Shown here: piece after piece, positions 30,112 to 38,534 of the stretch
Position numbering within the stretch: the first letter of the stretch is position 1
Layout of the letters: each line of letters opens with the position of its first letter
DNA from: an uncultured Eubacteriales bacterium
Lineage (GTDB): Bacteria; Bacillota; Clostridia; TANB77; UBA1234
Assembly (NCBI GenBank): GCA_964400015.1
Contig: CAYNRR010000001.1
Span: forward strand, 45,904-109,903
Direction: 5' to 3'
DNA length: 64,000 nucleotides
Position numbers and translations under genes: made by a program
The notes under the pieces: model-generated
Databases searched by the model: none
Seen by the model: the letters and a program-made list of their open reading frames with translations, nothing else
What the model was told of the DNA's origin: nothing

Positions 30112-30276
30112 AATTAAAGTTCTCTCCTCCGTATGTTTTAATCCACATTTATCATATACTAAAGCAATCGAATAATCAACAAAAAAAGTTTTTCAAACTT
30201 ATTTTTTAAAACTATTGCAACGCAAGGGTTTGTTGCGATATAATTTATATATATTATTGTAAAGGAGTGTTTACTC

Positions 30277-30819
30277 ATGGTTATAGTTTTAATTATAGTT
30301 GTTGTTATCGCTTTGTGGTTAATCGCTACATATAATTCTCTTGTTCAAGCGAGAAATAAAGTAAAAAATGCTTTTGCTCAAATAGATACACAACTACAAA
30401 GAAGATTTGATTTAATTCCAAATCTAGTAGAAACAGTTAAAGGTTATGCTGCTCATGAAAAACAATTATTAGAAAATGTTACAGCTAGTAGATCTGGCTA
30501 CATGAACGCAACAACAGCTGCTGAAAAAATGGCTGCTGATAATCAATTAACTTCTACATTAAAAACATTATTTGCTGTTAGTGAAAATTATCCTGATTTA
30601 AAAGCTAACGAAAACTTTTCTAAGCTTCAAGATGATTTAAAAGGAACAGAAGATAAAGTTGCTTTCTCAAGACAATTTTATAATGATTCTGTTACATCAT
30701 ATAACAACAAACTTTTAATGTTCCCAACAAACCTTATTGGTAAAATGTTTGGATTTAAAGAAGAAGTTTTATTCAAAACTGAAGAAGCAGCAAAAGCCGC
30801 TCCAAAGGTTCAATTTTAG
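30277..30819 (+). CDS. lemA: LemA family membrane protein
   Basis: 180 aa. An N-terminal TM helix, then [36 protein letters not shown], typical of LemA. Confidence 0.9.
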   Translation: MVIVLIIVVVIALWLIATYNSLVQARNKVKNAFAQIDTQLQRRFDLIPNLVETVKGYAAHEKQLLENVTASRSGYMNATTAAEKMAADNQLTSTLKTLFAVSENYPDLKANENFSKLQDDLKGTEDKVAFSRQFYNDSVTSYNNKLLMFPTNLIGKMFGFKEEVLFKTEEAAKAAPKVQF

Positions 30820-30894
30820 TCTAAACAAAAACAAATAAAAGTCGCAAATATGCGACTTTTGTTTTATATTCAAATAATGAGAGGTGATTATTTT

Positions 30895-31794
30895 ATGTTT
30901 GATACAAGCAAATCTAACAAGAAAAAGTCATTTGGAATAATTGCATTATTCGTTGTTTTTCTTACATTAGTAGTATATTTTGTAGGAATAATTTGGTTTG
31001 AAGAAGCAAGCTATTTGGTAGCAATTTTTGCAATGATTTTTTCAATAATTTCTGCCTGGGGAAGTTACTATTTTTCAGATAAAATAGTGCTTTCGCTAAA
31101 CGGTGCACGTCCAGCAACAAAAGAAGAAAATCAACGATTAGTTGAAAATCTTGAAGGACTTTGCATCGCTGCAGGAATATCAACAATTCCAAAGCTTTAT
31201 ATAATGGATGACGGTTCGCCAAACGCATTTGCTACTGGTAGAAATCCTGAACATGCTGTTATATGCGTAACTACTGGATTATTGCAAAAACTAGATTCAA
31301 ATGAATTAGAAGGTGTACTAGCTCATGAATTGTCACATATAAAAAATTATGACATATTACTTCAAACAGTTGCAGCTGTTTTCGTAGGCTTTGTCACAAT
31401 AATTTCAGACTTATTCTTTAGAGTAAGCGTTCGTACAAATAGAAGAAGAGATGATGACGATAACAATGCTGGTAATATAATTTTAGTATTAGTCGGTTTA
31501 ATATTCTTAGCACTTTCACCTATTTTCGCTAATTTATTAAAACTTGCTCTTTCTAGAAATAGAGAGTTCTTAGCTGATTCATCTGCAATTGAATTAACGA
31601 GAAACCCAGATGGCTTAATTAGTGCATTAAGAAAAATTTCATCAGATACAGATCCACTAGAGCAAGCAAACAAAGCAACAGAATGTATGTATATTTCAAA
31701 TCCAATAAAGAATCATAGTGGTAAAACAAGTACTCTATTTTCAACACACCCTTCGATAGAAGACAGAATCGCACAATTAGAAAATATACACTAA
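30895..31794 (+). CDS. htpX: HtpX-like M48 zinc protease
   Basis: HELSHIKNYD (HExxH) and TM segments. The start was moved to the ATG at 30895, after GAGAGGTG. Confidence 0.85.
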   Translation: MFDTSKSNKKKSFGIIALFVVFLTLVVYFVGIIWFEEASYLVAIFAMIFSIISAWGSYYFSDKIVLSLNGARPATKEENQRLVENLEGLCIAAGISTIPKLYIMDDGSPNAFATGRNPEHAVICVTTGLLQKLDSNELEGVLAHELSHIKNYDILLQTVAAVFVGFVTIISDLFFRVSVRTNRRRDDDDNNAGNIILVLVGLIFLALSPIFANLLKLALSRNREFLADSSAIELTRNPDGLISALRKISSDTDPLEQANKATECMYISNPIKNHSGKTSTLFSTHPSIEDRIAQLENIH

Positions 31795-31799
31795 AAATT

Positions 31800-31837
31800 A
31801 ACCAGGTATTCCCCAAATGAATACCTGGTTTTTTTAC
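31800..31837 (+). terminator. Terminator after htpX
   Basis: Stem aaccaggtattc / gaatacctggtt, followed by a T-run. Confidence 0.85.
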
Positions 31838-31857
31838 AATATTTCAAAAATATTTAG

Positions 31858-31885
31858 TTGACAAGAGAATGAATTGTGCTATAAT
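31858..31885 (+). promoter_or_regulatory. Sigma-A-type promoter of tRNA-Lys(CTT)
   Basis: TTGACA, 16-nt spacer, extended -10 TGcTATAAT. Confidence 0.65.
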
Positions 31886-31896
31886 AGTACTCGTAT

Positions 31897-31972
31897 GCAC
31901 CACTAGCTCAGTTGGTAGAGCATCCGACTCTTAATCGGCAGGTCCGGGGTTCGAATCCCCGGTGGTGCACCA
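31897..31972 (+). tRNA. tRNA-Lys (anticodon CTT), CCA encoded
   Basis: Hand-folded. Acceptor gcaccac/gtggtgc, anticodon loop CTCTTAA, T-arm ccggg-ttcgaat-ccccg. Confidence 0.88.
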
Positions 31973-31982
31973 AACAAAGTCA

Positions 31983-32501
31983 CTATATTTTAAAAACATG
32001 GTGGCTTTTCACATGTATGTACGTAATCAAGTTGCATTTTCCCCAGTTTGTCCACGGTCTGTCAATAACATTACTTTCTATTACGCCATAATCATGTCCC
32101 CTCGCTTCTATCGCCTTTCCATTCCCAATATATACACCTACATGTCCAGGGAAAAACAATAAAATTCCGACCACTTCTGGCAAATCTTTAATGTCCCCTT
32201 TAATCTTACAAAGATTAAAAATTTCCCTTGAATTAAAATCTTCTATACCATTATATATAGGCTCGCTTTCTGGTGAAGATGACCACAAATATCCTTTGAT
32301 AAGTCCTGCACAATCAAAGACTTTTTTACCATATTGCGAACTGTAATCCGTACTTTTATAATATTCAGGATATTCTTGCTTCTTTTTTAAATAAAGTTCT
32401 TCGGTTGCTGTTTGTCCATACGTGTCCCACCAATATGGATTTCCAATTTGTTTTTTACAATAGTCTACTAAACCAATATTTGTTTTCAAAAACAATTCCA
32501 C
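31983..32501 (-). CDS. NlpC/P60 (C40) family cell-wall peptidase, no signal peptide
   Basis: Catalytic Cys context FDCAGLIKGY and His context PGHVGVYIGNG. Confidence 0.75.
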   Translation of the reverse strand: MELFLKTNIGLVDYCKKQIGNPYWWDTYGQTATEELYLKKKQEYPEYYKSTDYSSQYGKKVFDCAGLIKGYLWSSSPESEPIYNGIEDFNSREIFNLCKIKGDIKDLPEVVGILLFFPGHVGVYIGNGKAIEARGHDYGVIESNVIDRPWTNWGKCNLITYIHVKSHHVFKI

Positions 32502-32562
32502 CTCCTAATTTAATATATTCTAGAAGGTAGAAAAATATGTACATAAAAGCTTTAATAAGCTT

Positions 32563-33000
32563 TTATAAATATTGTCTTAAATCATTCATAAAATTTTGTT
32601 CAAGAACAACAACGTTATTTGCAACATTCATAATTTCTTTAGATGCACCTGCATACTCATTCATATATTTACTAACTGATTTTATACCCATTCCACAGCC
32701 GTCAATCATGATATCAGCAATTTTTTCATCAGTTCCATCCATCATTAGTTTCATGCCTGTAGAAAATTTTGATCCCATTGTAGCCATCGTATTAGGCGGT
32801 TCAGGTTCTGCACCTCTAGCCTCCAATTTTGCATATATATCTCTTAAAATCCTTTCATGCTCGCCTTGGTACTTGTCTAATGTATTTTTAAAATCTTCAC
32901 CATATGCTTTATCTCTAACATCTACAATACTTTGTATTCCCATTTTTACGCCAGCACCACATTCTTTTAATAGTTCAACATCATCGTACATAAAATTCAA
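32563..33000 (-). CDS. Hypothetical helical protein (145 aa)
   Basis: RBS GGAGGA and clean ORF. The opposite-strand 157-aa ORF is a shadow. No confident family. Confidence 0.55.
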   Translation of the reverse strand: MNFMYDDVELLKECGAGVKMGIQSIVDVRDKAYGEDFKNTLDKYQGEHERILRDIYAKLEARGAEPEPPNTMATMGSKFSTGMKLMMDGTDEKIADIMIDGCGMGIKSVSKYMNEYAGASKEIMNVANNVVVLEQNFMNDLRQYL

Positions 33001-33163
33001 ATCCTCCTAAATTTTTTTCTACAATTAGTATCTATTTTTTAGAATTTAATATACAAAATTTAAAAAATTTTTCAGTTTTGTAATTTCAAGGTTGCCTCTA
33101 AGTAGCTATAAATCAACATTTAAAAACAAATAAAAAAATATCAAAAATTATCGAAAAAAATAG

Positions 33164-33192
33164 TTGACATCCTTCGTTCTTTATAGTAATAT
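33164..33192 (+). promoter_or_regulatory. Sigma-A-type promoter of the tRNA Lys-Glu-Thr cluster
   Basis: TTGACA, 17-nt spacer, TAATAT. Confidence 0.6.
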
Positions 33193-33228
33193 ATAGAAGC
33201 AGTCGATGTTACAGACTGCTTGTTATGT

Positions 33229-33304
33229 GGGCCATTAGCTCAGTTGGCAGAGCACTTGACTTTTAATCAAGTTGTCCGCAGTTCGAATCTGCGATGGCTC
33301 ACCA
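33229..33304 (+). tRNA. tRNA-Lys (anticodon TTT)
   Basis: Acceptor gggccat/atggctc, anticodon loop CTTTTAA, T-loop TTCGAAT, CCA end. Confidence 0.9.
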
Positions 33305-33311
33305 CATAACC

Positions 33312-33386
33312 GGCCCGTTGGTCAATCGGTTAAGACATCGCCCTTTCACGGCGGAGTGGGGAGTTCGACTCTCCCACGGGTCACCA
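33312..33386 (+). tRNA. tRNA-Glu (anticodon TTC)
   Basis: Starts ggcccgttggtc, anticodon loop CTTTCAC, CCA end. Typical Firmicute tRNA-Glu. Confidence 0.9.
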
Positions 33387-33387
33387 T

Positions 33388-33463
<76 letters not shown>

Positions 33464-33464
33464 A

Positions 33465-33506
33465 AATCTCGTAAAGCTTACCTAGTAAGAGTTACGAGAT
33501 TTTTTA
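33465..33506 (+). terminator. Terminator after the tRNA cluster
   Basis: Stem aatctcgtaa / ttacgagatt, followed by a T-run. Confidence 0.8.
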
Positions 33507-33583
33507 TATTCAAATTAGAATTTCAAAATACTAACCACATACAAAAAGACAATGCCAATTTCTTAGCATTGTCTTTTATTATA

Positions 33584-35716
33584 TCATTTTACCAAGAGCC
33601 TCCTCCGGCCTCCACCAGAGCCACCTCCAGATGAACCTCCTCCTGAAGAACCACCTGACGAACCTCCTCCTGAAGAGCCACCTCCTGAACTATATGGCGC
33701 ACTTGTCATAGCATTTTGACTATATGACATCGTATGATTTATAAAACTTCCAAACGATGAATAATCAAAGCTGTTTGAACTGTCGCTGTACCAAGATGGT
33801 GGTGCCATTGTTATGCCCTCAAATTTTTCAATCCACTTATTTGATACTCCCAATACATATGTGTATGGCAAAATATCATAAAAATAATTAGGATTTTTTT
33901 CAACTAACGCTTCTAACTCTTCCTTTTTAGCAACTTCCAAGAACTTTTTAAATCCTCTCATTTTTCCCAACATTTCTCTACCATATTGACTTCTTCTAGA
34001 AATATGAAGAGCACACCATGCCATTCCTGCTATACAGATTAGTCCTACAATGTACGCAATAACATATTGCGTTCCTTGTAATAATATTGGCATCATAAAA
34101 AAAGGTAGAAATATCGAAAACATACATGTCCTAGTCATTAAAGCTTCCAAAAACATTAGTACATTAATCACTATTACCGTTTCTATACAATATGGATCGA
34201 CTTGATCAGCAGAACCAATCAATAATAATGGTGTAATCACCAAAAATGTAATTAAAATCATATGATAAATAAATTTTTTTCTTTTTGAATTTGCTTGAAA
34301 ATCTTCAAATATTTTTTCTTTATTATGCACACCATTTGTAGTAGCTGCTATTCTTTTTGTTGTCAAATAAAATCCATCATACAACATTGTATTTTCCACT
34401 TCTGTTCTGCCATATGAGAAGAGCTCATCAAGAAAACATTTTTCCATTGGATTTTCACCATCATAATCTTTTAATTTTCTTATTACAAACCCTTTCTTTT
34501 TCTTCTTTTTAGTTGTAGGTTCTACTCCATATTGTTCATAATCTACTGGAGTATCTATATTTTTATAAATATCCAACATATTTTCATAATATTTTATTTT
34601 TTTAGAAGTTGGGTCTTTAGCTCTTTCTTCAGATATTTTATTTTCTAATTCAATTATTTTTTCTTCACTACTATTTTTTGCATCTTGCTTTAAGTTTACC
34701 TTTTTAAAATTTACATCTTTATCTTTCTCAACAATTTCAAGATATCCTTTATTAGCTAAATATATCAATAATGACGTAACGTCTTTATCTTTTATACAAC
34801 CTTTGTACAGTAAAGCAACGTCCAAACTATTTAATCCCTCAGGTGGATAAAATTCAACAGTTTCAACAACAGGATATTCACGTCCAAATATGTACCATAT
34901 TGCTATCGCTATTCCTAAAAAAATAACAGGAATTATTATCATAGCAATAAGTAAAGGGTCAGCATTAAGTCTTGCTCCAACAAAATATCCTTCAGGCAAT
35001 TCGCATCTTATGGTTAGAGCTTCGCCTACGCCGAGAATATCTTCATAGCTTCCTGTTATTTGATTTCCAACAACATTATACTTAACTTTACTACTATCAA
35101 TTGAACCTTTTTTTCCTGATGAAAAACCTATTTTACTTGCGTCAAATTCTTTAGGCATAGTGATTGAAAATGTTACATTTCCAATTGGTGCATCCCATTC
35201 TGTTCCGATTATATTGTAATATATTTCATCATAATCTTTTGAAGGGTCTTTTCCCAAATTATATGTATATTCAATAACGTACTCTTGCGAACCACGTACA
35301 GTATAATCGGCAGACCCAATTTTTATTTTGTAATTTCCATCTTCTTTTGAAGTTGTATATTCCTTGTTTACCTTAACATTCGTTACTTGAGTACGATTTT
35401 GGGATACCGTTCCATCTAATCTTTTAACGGTATTTTTTAGTGGAATAGTTCTAAATATTCCATGTTTTGATATATTGAAATATGCTGTAACTGTTTCTTT
35501 AATGTCAAAAGTGTTATTCTCATTAACAACAATATCAATATCATACTTATCAATAACGTAGTCATAAGAATTATATTTAGAATTCTTGCTAGGTGCTAAA
35601 AGTGATGAATCATGTGTCGCATCTTCAGTTATCGCATAAGTATTTAATGGATAAAGTAATGTTAAAGATAATACAATTAACATGAATGTTGAAATTCCTT
35701 TAGTAAATTTTTTCAT
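33584..35716 (-). CDS. DUF2207-like membrane protein with a Gly/Ser-rich C-terminal tail
   Basis: 710 aa. Signal peptide, extracytoplasmic domain, several TM helices, and the tail SSGGGSSGGGSSGGSSGGGSSGGGSGGG, characteristic of DUF2207 proteins. Confidence 0.7.
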   Translation of the reverse strand: MKKFTKGISTFMLIVLSLTLLYPLNTYAITEDATHDSSLLAPSKNSKYNSYDYVIDKYDIDIVVNENNTFDIKETVTAYFNISKHGIFRTIPLKNTVKRLDGTVSQNRTQVTNVKVNKEYTTSKEDGNYKIKIGSADYTVRGSQEYVIEYTYNLGKDPSKDYDEIYYNIIGTEWDAPIGNVTFSITMPKEFDASKIGFSSGKKGSIDSSKVKYNVVGNQITGSYEDILGVGEALTIRCELPEGYFVGARLNADPLLIAMIIIPVIFLGIAIAIWYIFGREYPVVETVEFYPPEGLNSLDVALLYKGCIKDKDVTSLLIYLANKGYLEIVEKDKDVNFKKVNLKQDAKNSSEEKIIELENKISEERAKDPTSKKIKYYENMLDIYKNIDTPVDYEQYGVEPTTKKKKKKGFVIRKLKDYDGENPMEKCFLDELFSYGRTEVENTMLYDGFYLTTKRIAATTNGVHNKEKIFEDFQANSKRKKFIYHMILITFLVITPLLLIGSADQVDPYCIETVIVINVLMFLEALMTRTCMFSIFLPFFMMPILLQGTQYVIAYIVGLICIAGMAWCALHISRRSQYGREMLGKMRGFKKFLEVAKKEELEALVEKNPNYFYDILPYTYVLGVSNKWIEKFEGITMAPPSWYSDSSNSFDYSSFGSFINHTMSYSQNAMTSAPYSSGGGSSGGGSSGGSSGGGSSGGGSGGGRRRLLVK

Positions 35717-35854
35717 ATGTCCCCCCTATAAATTTAATTTAGCTTTTGTTAATTCTTTTATATGAAAGATTTTATCATATATTTAATTTTGTACATATAC
35801 TATTTCTAAAATAATTCAAATTGAAAATATTTTATGTAAATTTTCCTAATTATG

Positions 35855-35883
35855 TTGATATTTTCCATAAAAAATGATATATT
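35855..35883 (+). promoter_or_regulatory. Sigma-A-type promoter of the radical SAM/peptide unit
   Basis: TTGATA (35855-35860), 17-nt spacer, TATATT (35878-35883). Confidence 0.55.
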
Positions 35884-35941
35884 TTATCCGGCATTATTTC
35901 TTGATAAAAACTAAACAATAATTTGATTTGGAGGAATATTT

Positions 35942-37246
35942 ATGAAAAACGTGCAGTATCCCCCTTTTGTACACTGGGAAGTTACGCCCGAATGCAATCA
36001 CAACTGCATTCACTGCTATAACTACTGGCGTAAAGATTCTGAAAAACTCGAATCTATGCACACGAATTTTTCCGAAGAACATTACCTTGAGATTGCAAGA
36101 CGGATTGTAAATCAAAAGGCTCATACCGTTGTTGTAACTGGTGGCGAACCCATGCTGGTCTTTAAGAAAATCGTTAGTTCCATCGAACTTTTGAAAGCAA
36201 ACGGCATTAACGTTTCTATTAACACCAATGCTGTTTTGATTACGGATGAAATTATCGATTTCCTTAAGAAACACGACATCAACCTCTTCATTTCTTTTCC
36301 TTGTGGTAATGAAAAAATTTGCGATTTCATTACCGACAGAAAAGGCGCTATGAAACGAATTGTCCGTTCCTTGGATCATCTTGTCGAGCGTGAAGTACGA
36401 TTCTCCTTGAACATTGTTGCTTCCAAGGCAAATCTTGAATATTTAGAGGAAACCGTCGACTTTCTTAGAGATAGATATCACATCAAGAGAATTCACATCA
36501 CTAGAGTCGGCAAACCTGTAAACTCCGATTCTAGCTTTGATAAATATCTTCTGTCCCACGAAGATTTGAATCGTGTGCAAGATATCTGTGTCAAAATCAA
36601 TTCTGAGTATGGTATTGACGTAGATACAGGATGTCCTTACACTCTCTGCAGTATCAACTCTCAAAAAGCTTTCGAACTTTTCGGATATAAAAAGTTCTGT
36701 ACTGCTGGTAAAACTAGCTATGCTATGGATACTTTTGGTAATATCAAAGCTTGTCCTAGAGACAGTAAGATTTATGGCAACATTCTCACTGAAGATTTTG
36801 CTACCGTTTGGGAAAGAATTTCTGAGTGGCGTGACGGCACGTTGCTTCCTGCAGAATGTAAGCAGTGTAAGATGAGAGAAGTTTGTAAAGGTGGATGCCG
36901 CGTCGATGCATTCCCGTTCACTGGCAAACTTAACTCTTTGGATACGACCGTTATTCTTGAAAACTTGCCCATCAAGTATTGTAAGGTCGCAGATATTCAT
37001 GAATATTCCGACACCGATACCTTCTGTGTAAATCCTTTTAATTCTATCAAAGAGGAATTTGGATACAGGATTTCTTATGGGCATACCTACGTTTTCGTAA
37101 CTTCTGAATTCTATGATTACCTTAGTACGCATCATGTCTTTAAACTTGCAGATATTATGCACGACTTTTCTGTGGATAGCACCATTGCAAATAGCATTAT
37201 TTACCGACTCCTCAAAAATGGCGTAATTCATTTAGCAAGGAGGTAA
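35942..37246 (+). CDS. Radical SAM enzyme with a SPASM auxiliary-cluster domain (peptide-modifying maturase type)
   Basis: CNHNCIHC (C-x3-C-x2-C) at residues 18-25. A GGEP motif. SPASM signature C-x12-G-x4-C (CTAGKTSYAMDTFGNIKAC), then C-x2-C-x5-C-x3-C (CKQCKMREVCKGGC). RBS is GGAGG. G+C is higher than in flanks. Confidence 0.9.
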   Translation: MKNVQYPPFVHWEVTPECNHNCIHCYNYWRKDSEKLESMHTNFSEEHYLEIARRIVNQKAHTVVVTGGEPMLVFKKIVSSIELLKANGINVSINTNAVLITDEIIDFLKKHDINLFISFPCGNEKICDFITDRKGAMKRIVRSLDHLVEREVRFSLNIVASKANLEYLEETVDFLRDRYHIKRIHITRVGKPVNSDSSFDKYLLSHEDLNRVQDICVKINSEYGIDVDTGCPYTLCSINSQKAFELFGYKKFCTAGKTSYAMDTFGNIKACPRDSKIYGNILTEDFATVWERISEWRDGTLLPAECKQCKMREVCKGGCRVDAFPFTGKLNSLDTTVILENLPIKYCKVADIHEYSDTDTFCVNPFNSIKEEFGYRISYGHTYVFVTSEFYDYLSTHHVFKLADIMHDFSVDSTIANSIIYRLLKNGVIHLARR

Positions 37247-37250
37247 TTTT

Positions 37251-37370
37251 ATGGAACAATTCTTCGTAGACGTTTACAGCAATAGCTCTTACTCTGAGTG
37301 TGATTGCTTCACCTGTGATTCTAGCTGTCACTGTGAATGTGACGGTGGTGGCGACTGCAACTGGGGCTAA
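37251..37370 (+). CDS. 39-aa Cys-rich peptide, candidate RiPP precursor: MEQFFVDVYSNSSYSECDCFTCDSSCHCECDGGGDCNWG
   Basis: Too short for the ORF track. The ATG lies 4 nt after the radical SAM stop and 7 nt after an AAGGAGG that overlaps that stop. There are 7 Cys in the last 23 residues. A terminator follows. Confidence 0.65.
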   Translation: MEQFFVDVYSNSSYSECDCFTCDSSCHCECDGGGDCNWG

Positions 37371-37435
37371 TCTAAGCTGAGTTGTATTAAAAACTAGTCA
37401 ATAATTAAATCCTGGCGCTATCCACTAAAAGTATG

Positions 37436-37470
37436 GAGGCACGAATTATTTTATTCGTGCCTCTATTTTT
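37436..37470. terminator. Bidirectional terminator closing the radical SAM/peptide unit and the convergent peptidase gene
   Basis: 11-bp perfect stem gaggcacgaat / attcgtgcctc, 6-nt loop, followed by a T-run. Confidence 0.8.
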
Positions 37471-38126
37471 ATTTTTATATATTCATCATATAAAGTATTT
37501 ATTTCTTCTAAATGTTTTTCAAACTCTGTTGGTTTTTGTAACCAATTTAAAAACATATCTTTTCCATACTGTTCTAATAAAAATTCAATAATTAGATGAC
37601 AATACCTATATCCACCTGTTTCAGCAAACTTCAAGCTATCATACACGCAAAAATCCGAAACTTTTGGCAATTGATTTTTTAAATATGCATTTACCCACGG
37701 CGTATATATTTTTCCCTCATACTGATTACTTAGATAAACTGCAATTCCCTCATCTAATAATTTTAATCTCCTTTGTGATATATCTAACTTATACGATAAA
37801 AGATGTACAAGTTCGTGTAACGCAACCTTGCACAATTCATCTAAATTTTCTCTATTGGGTACTACTACCCAAACTTCTTCAACGTTTGAAAAACCAACTA
37901 GCCAGTCAGGAACATCTATATTTTTATATTGCACACTTTTATCTTTTACTATTTTGTTCATATTTTCCTTTGAAACAATTGATAATACTAGCAAGTCATA
38001 TTCTACTTCAAACCAGTCTTTTATTTTTTCAAATTCACTTGATACTTTCTTACCAAAAAGCTCAAACACGTCTTTTTCTATATCTTCATCGCATTTAATA
38101 ACTAGTTTATTATATTCTTTTACCAT
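37446..38126 (-). CDS. Peptidase_MA-like protein (HExxH ... E)
   Basis: ALHELVHLLSY, followed by LLDEGIAVYLSNQYEG, resembles the MA-clan Peptidase_MA_2 style. The start was set at the second ATG, 8 nt after GGTGA. Native low GC. Confidence 0.6.
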   Translation of the reverse strand: MVKEYNKLVIKCDEDIEKDVFELFGKKVSSEFEKIKDWFEVEYDLLVLSIVSKENMNKIVKDKSVQYKNIDVPDWLVGFSNVEEVWVVVPNRENLDELCKVALHELVHLLSYKLDISQRRLKLLDEGIAVYLSNQYEGKIYTPWVNAYLKNQLPKVSDFCVYDSLKFAETGGYRYCHLIIEFLLEQYGKDMFLNWLQKPTEFEKHLEEINTLYDEYIKIKIEARIK

Positions 38127-38274
38127 ATACATTCACCAAATAAAATATATATCAGTTTATCGAATTTGTCCATCAGACATTTCATTTTACAGTTTACTTG
38201 ATTATGTAAATATGGTATAATTTGCATGTCCGAATATTTTTATAAACATCCTTATATTTTCTAGGAGGTACACC

Positions 38275-38481
38275 ATGTTTACACAGAAAAGTTTTGGTTT
38301 AACTGACAGAGAATTCAACACCATAAGAGATTGGGCAAATACCCACGAATGCAGTTGTAAAGGAAATACTAAGCCCCACAGTTGTTGTGGTGGTGAGGTC
38401 TCTGTAACTTTTACACCTACCACAATTGACATTTTTATATCTGCCAAATGCGTATGTGGTAAAACAATCGTTGTCAGATAA
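38275..38481 (+). CDS. Small Cys-containing protein (68 aa), probable zinc-binding
   Basis: Own promoter (TTTACT, 17 nt, TGgTATAAT), RBS AGGAGG and terminator. The Cys pairs are C-S-C, CC and C-V-C. Confidence 0.65.
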   Translation: MFTQKSFGLTDREFNTIRDWANTHECSCKGNTKPHSCCGGEVSVTFTPTTIDIFISAKCVCGKTIVVR

Positions 38482-38485
38482 GCAT

Positions 38486-38527
38486 AAAAAACCCCTGTAA
38501 TTCATTCAATGATTACAGGGGTTTTTT
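38486..38527. terminator. Bidirectional terminator (small protein gene / mnmA)
   Basis: Stem cccctgtaat / attacagggg, flanked by an A-run and a T-run. Confidence 0.85.
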
Positions 38528-38534
38528 CCTTTTA

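Noticed and set aside
33590-33700. Short-period nucleotide repeats (cctcc / ccacc units)
   Set aside because: This is the coding sequence of the Gly/Ser-rich C-terminal tail of the DUF2207-like protein. It is not a CRISPR array, satellite or mobile-element repeat.
37446-38126. The HExxH peptidase as the dedicated leader peptidase of the rSAM peptide
   Set aside because: It is convergent, separated by a strong bidirectional terminator, and has backbone (low) G+C rather than island composition. Linkage may be coincidental. It cannot be excluded without neighbourhood statistics.
38275-38481. The 68-aa Cys-containing protein as a second RiPP precursor
   Set aside because: It has its own promoter and terminator and a different composition. 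Its layout is typical of small zinc-binding proteins widespread in Firmicutes and phages. It is kept only as a low-interest finding.
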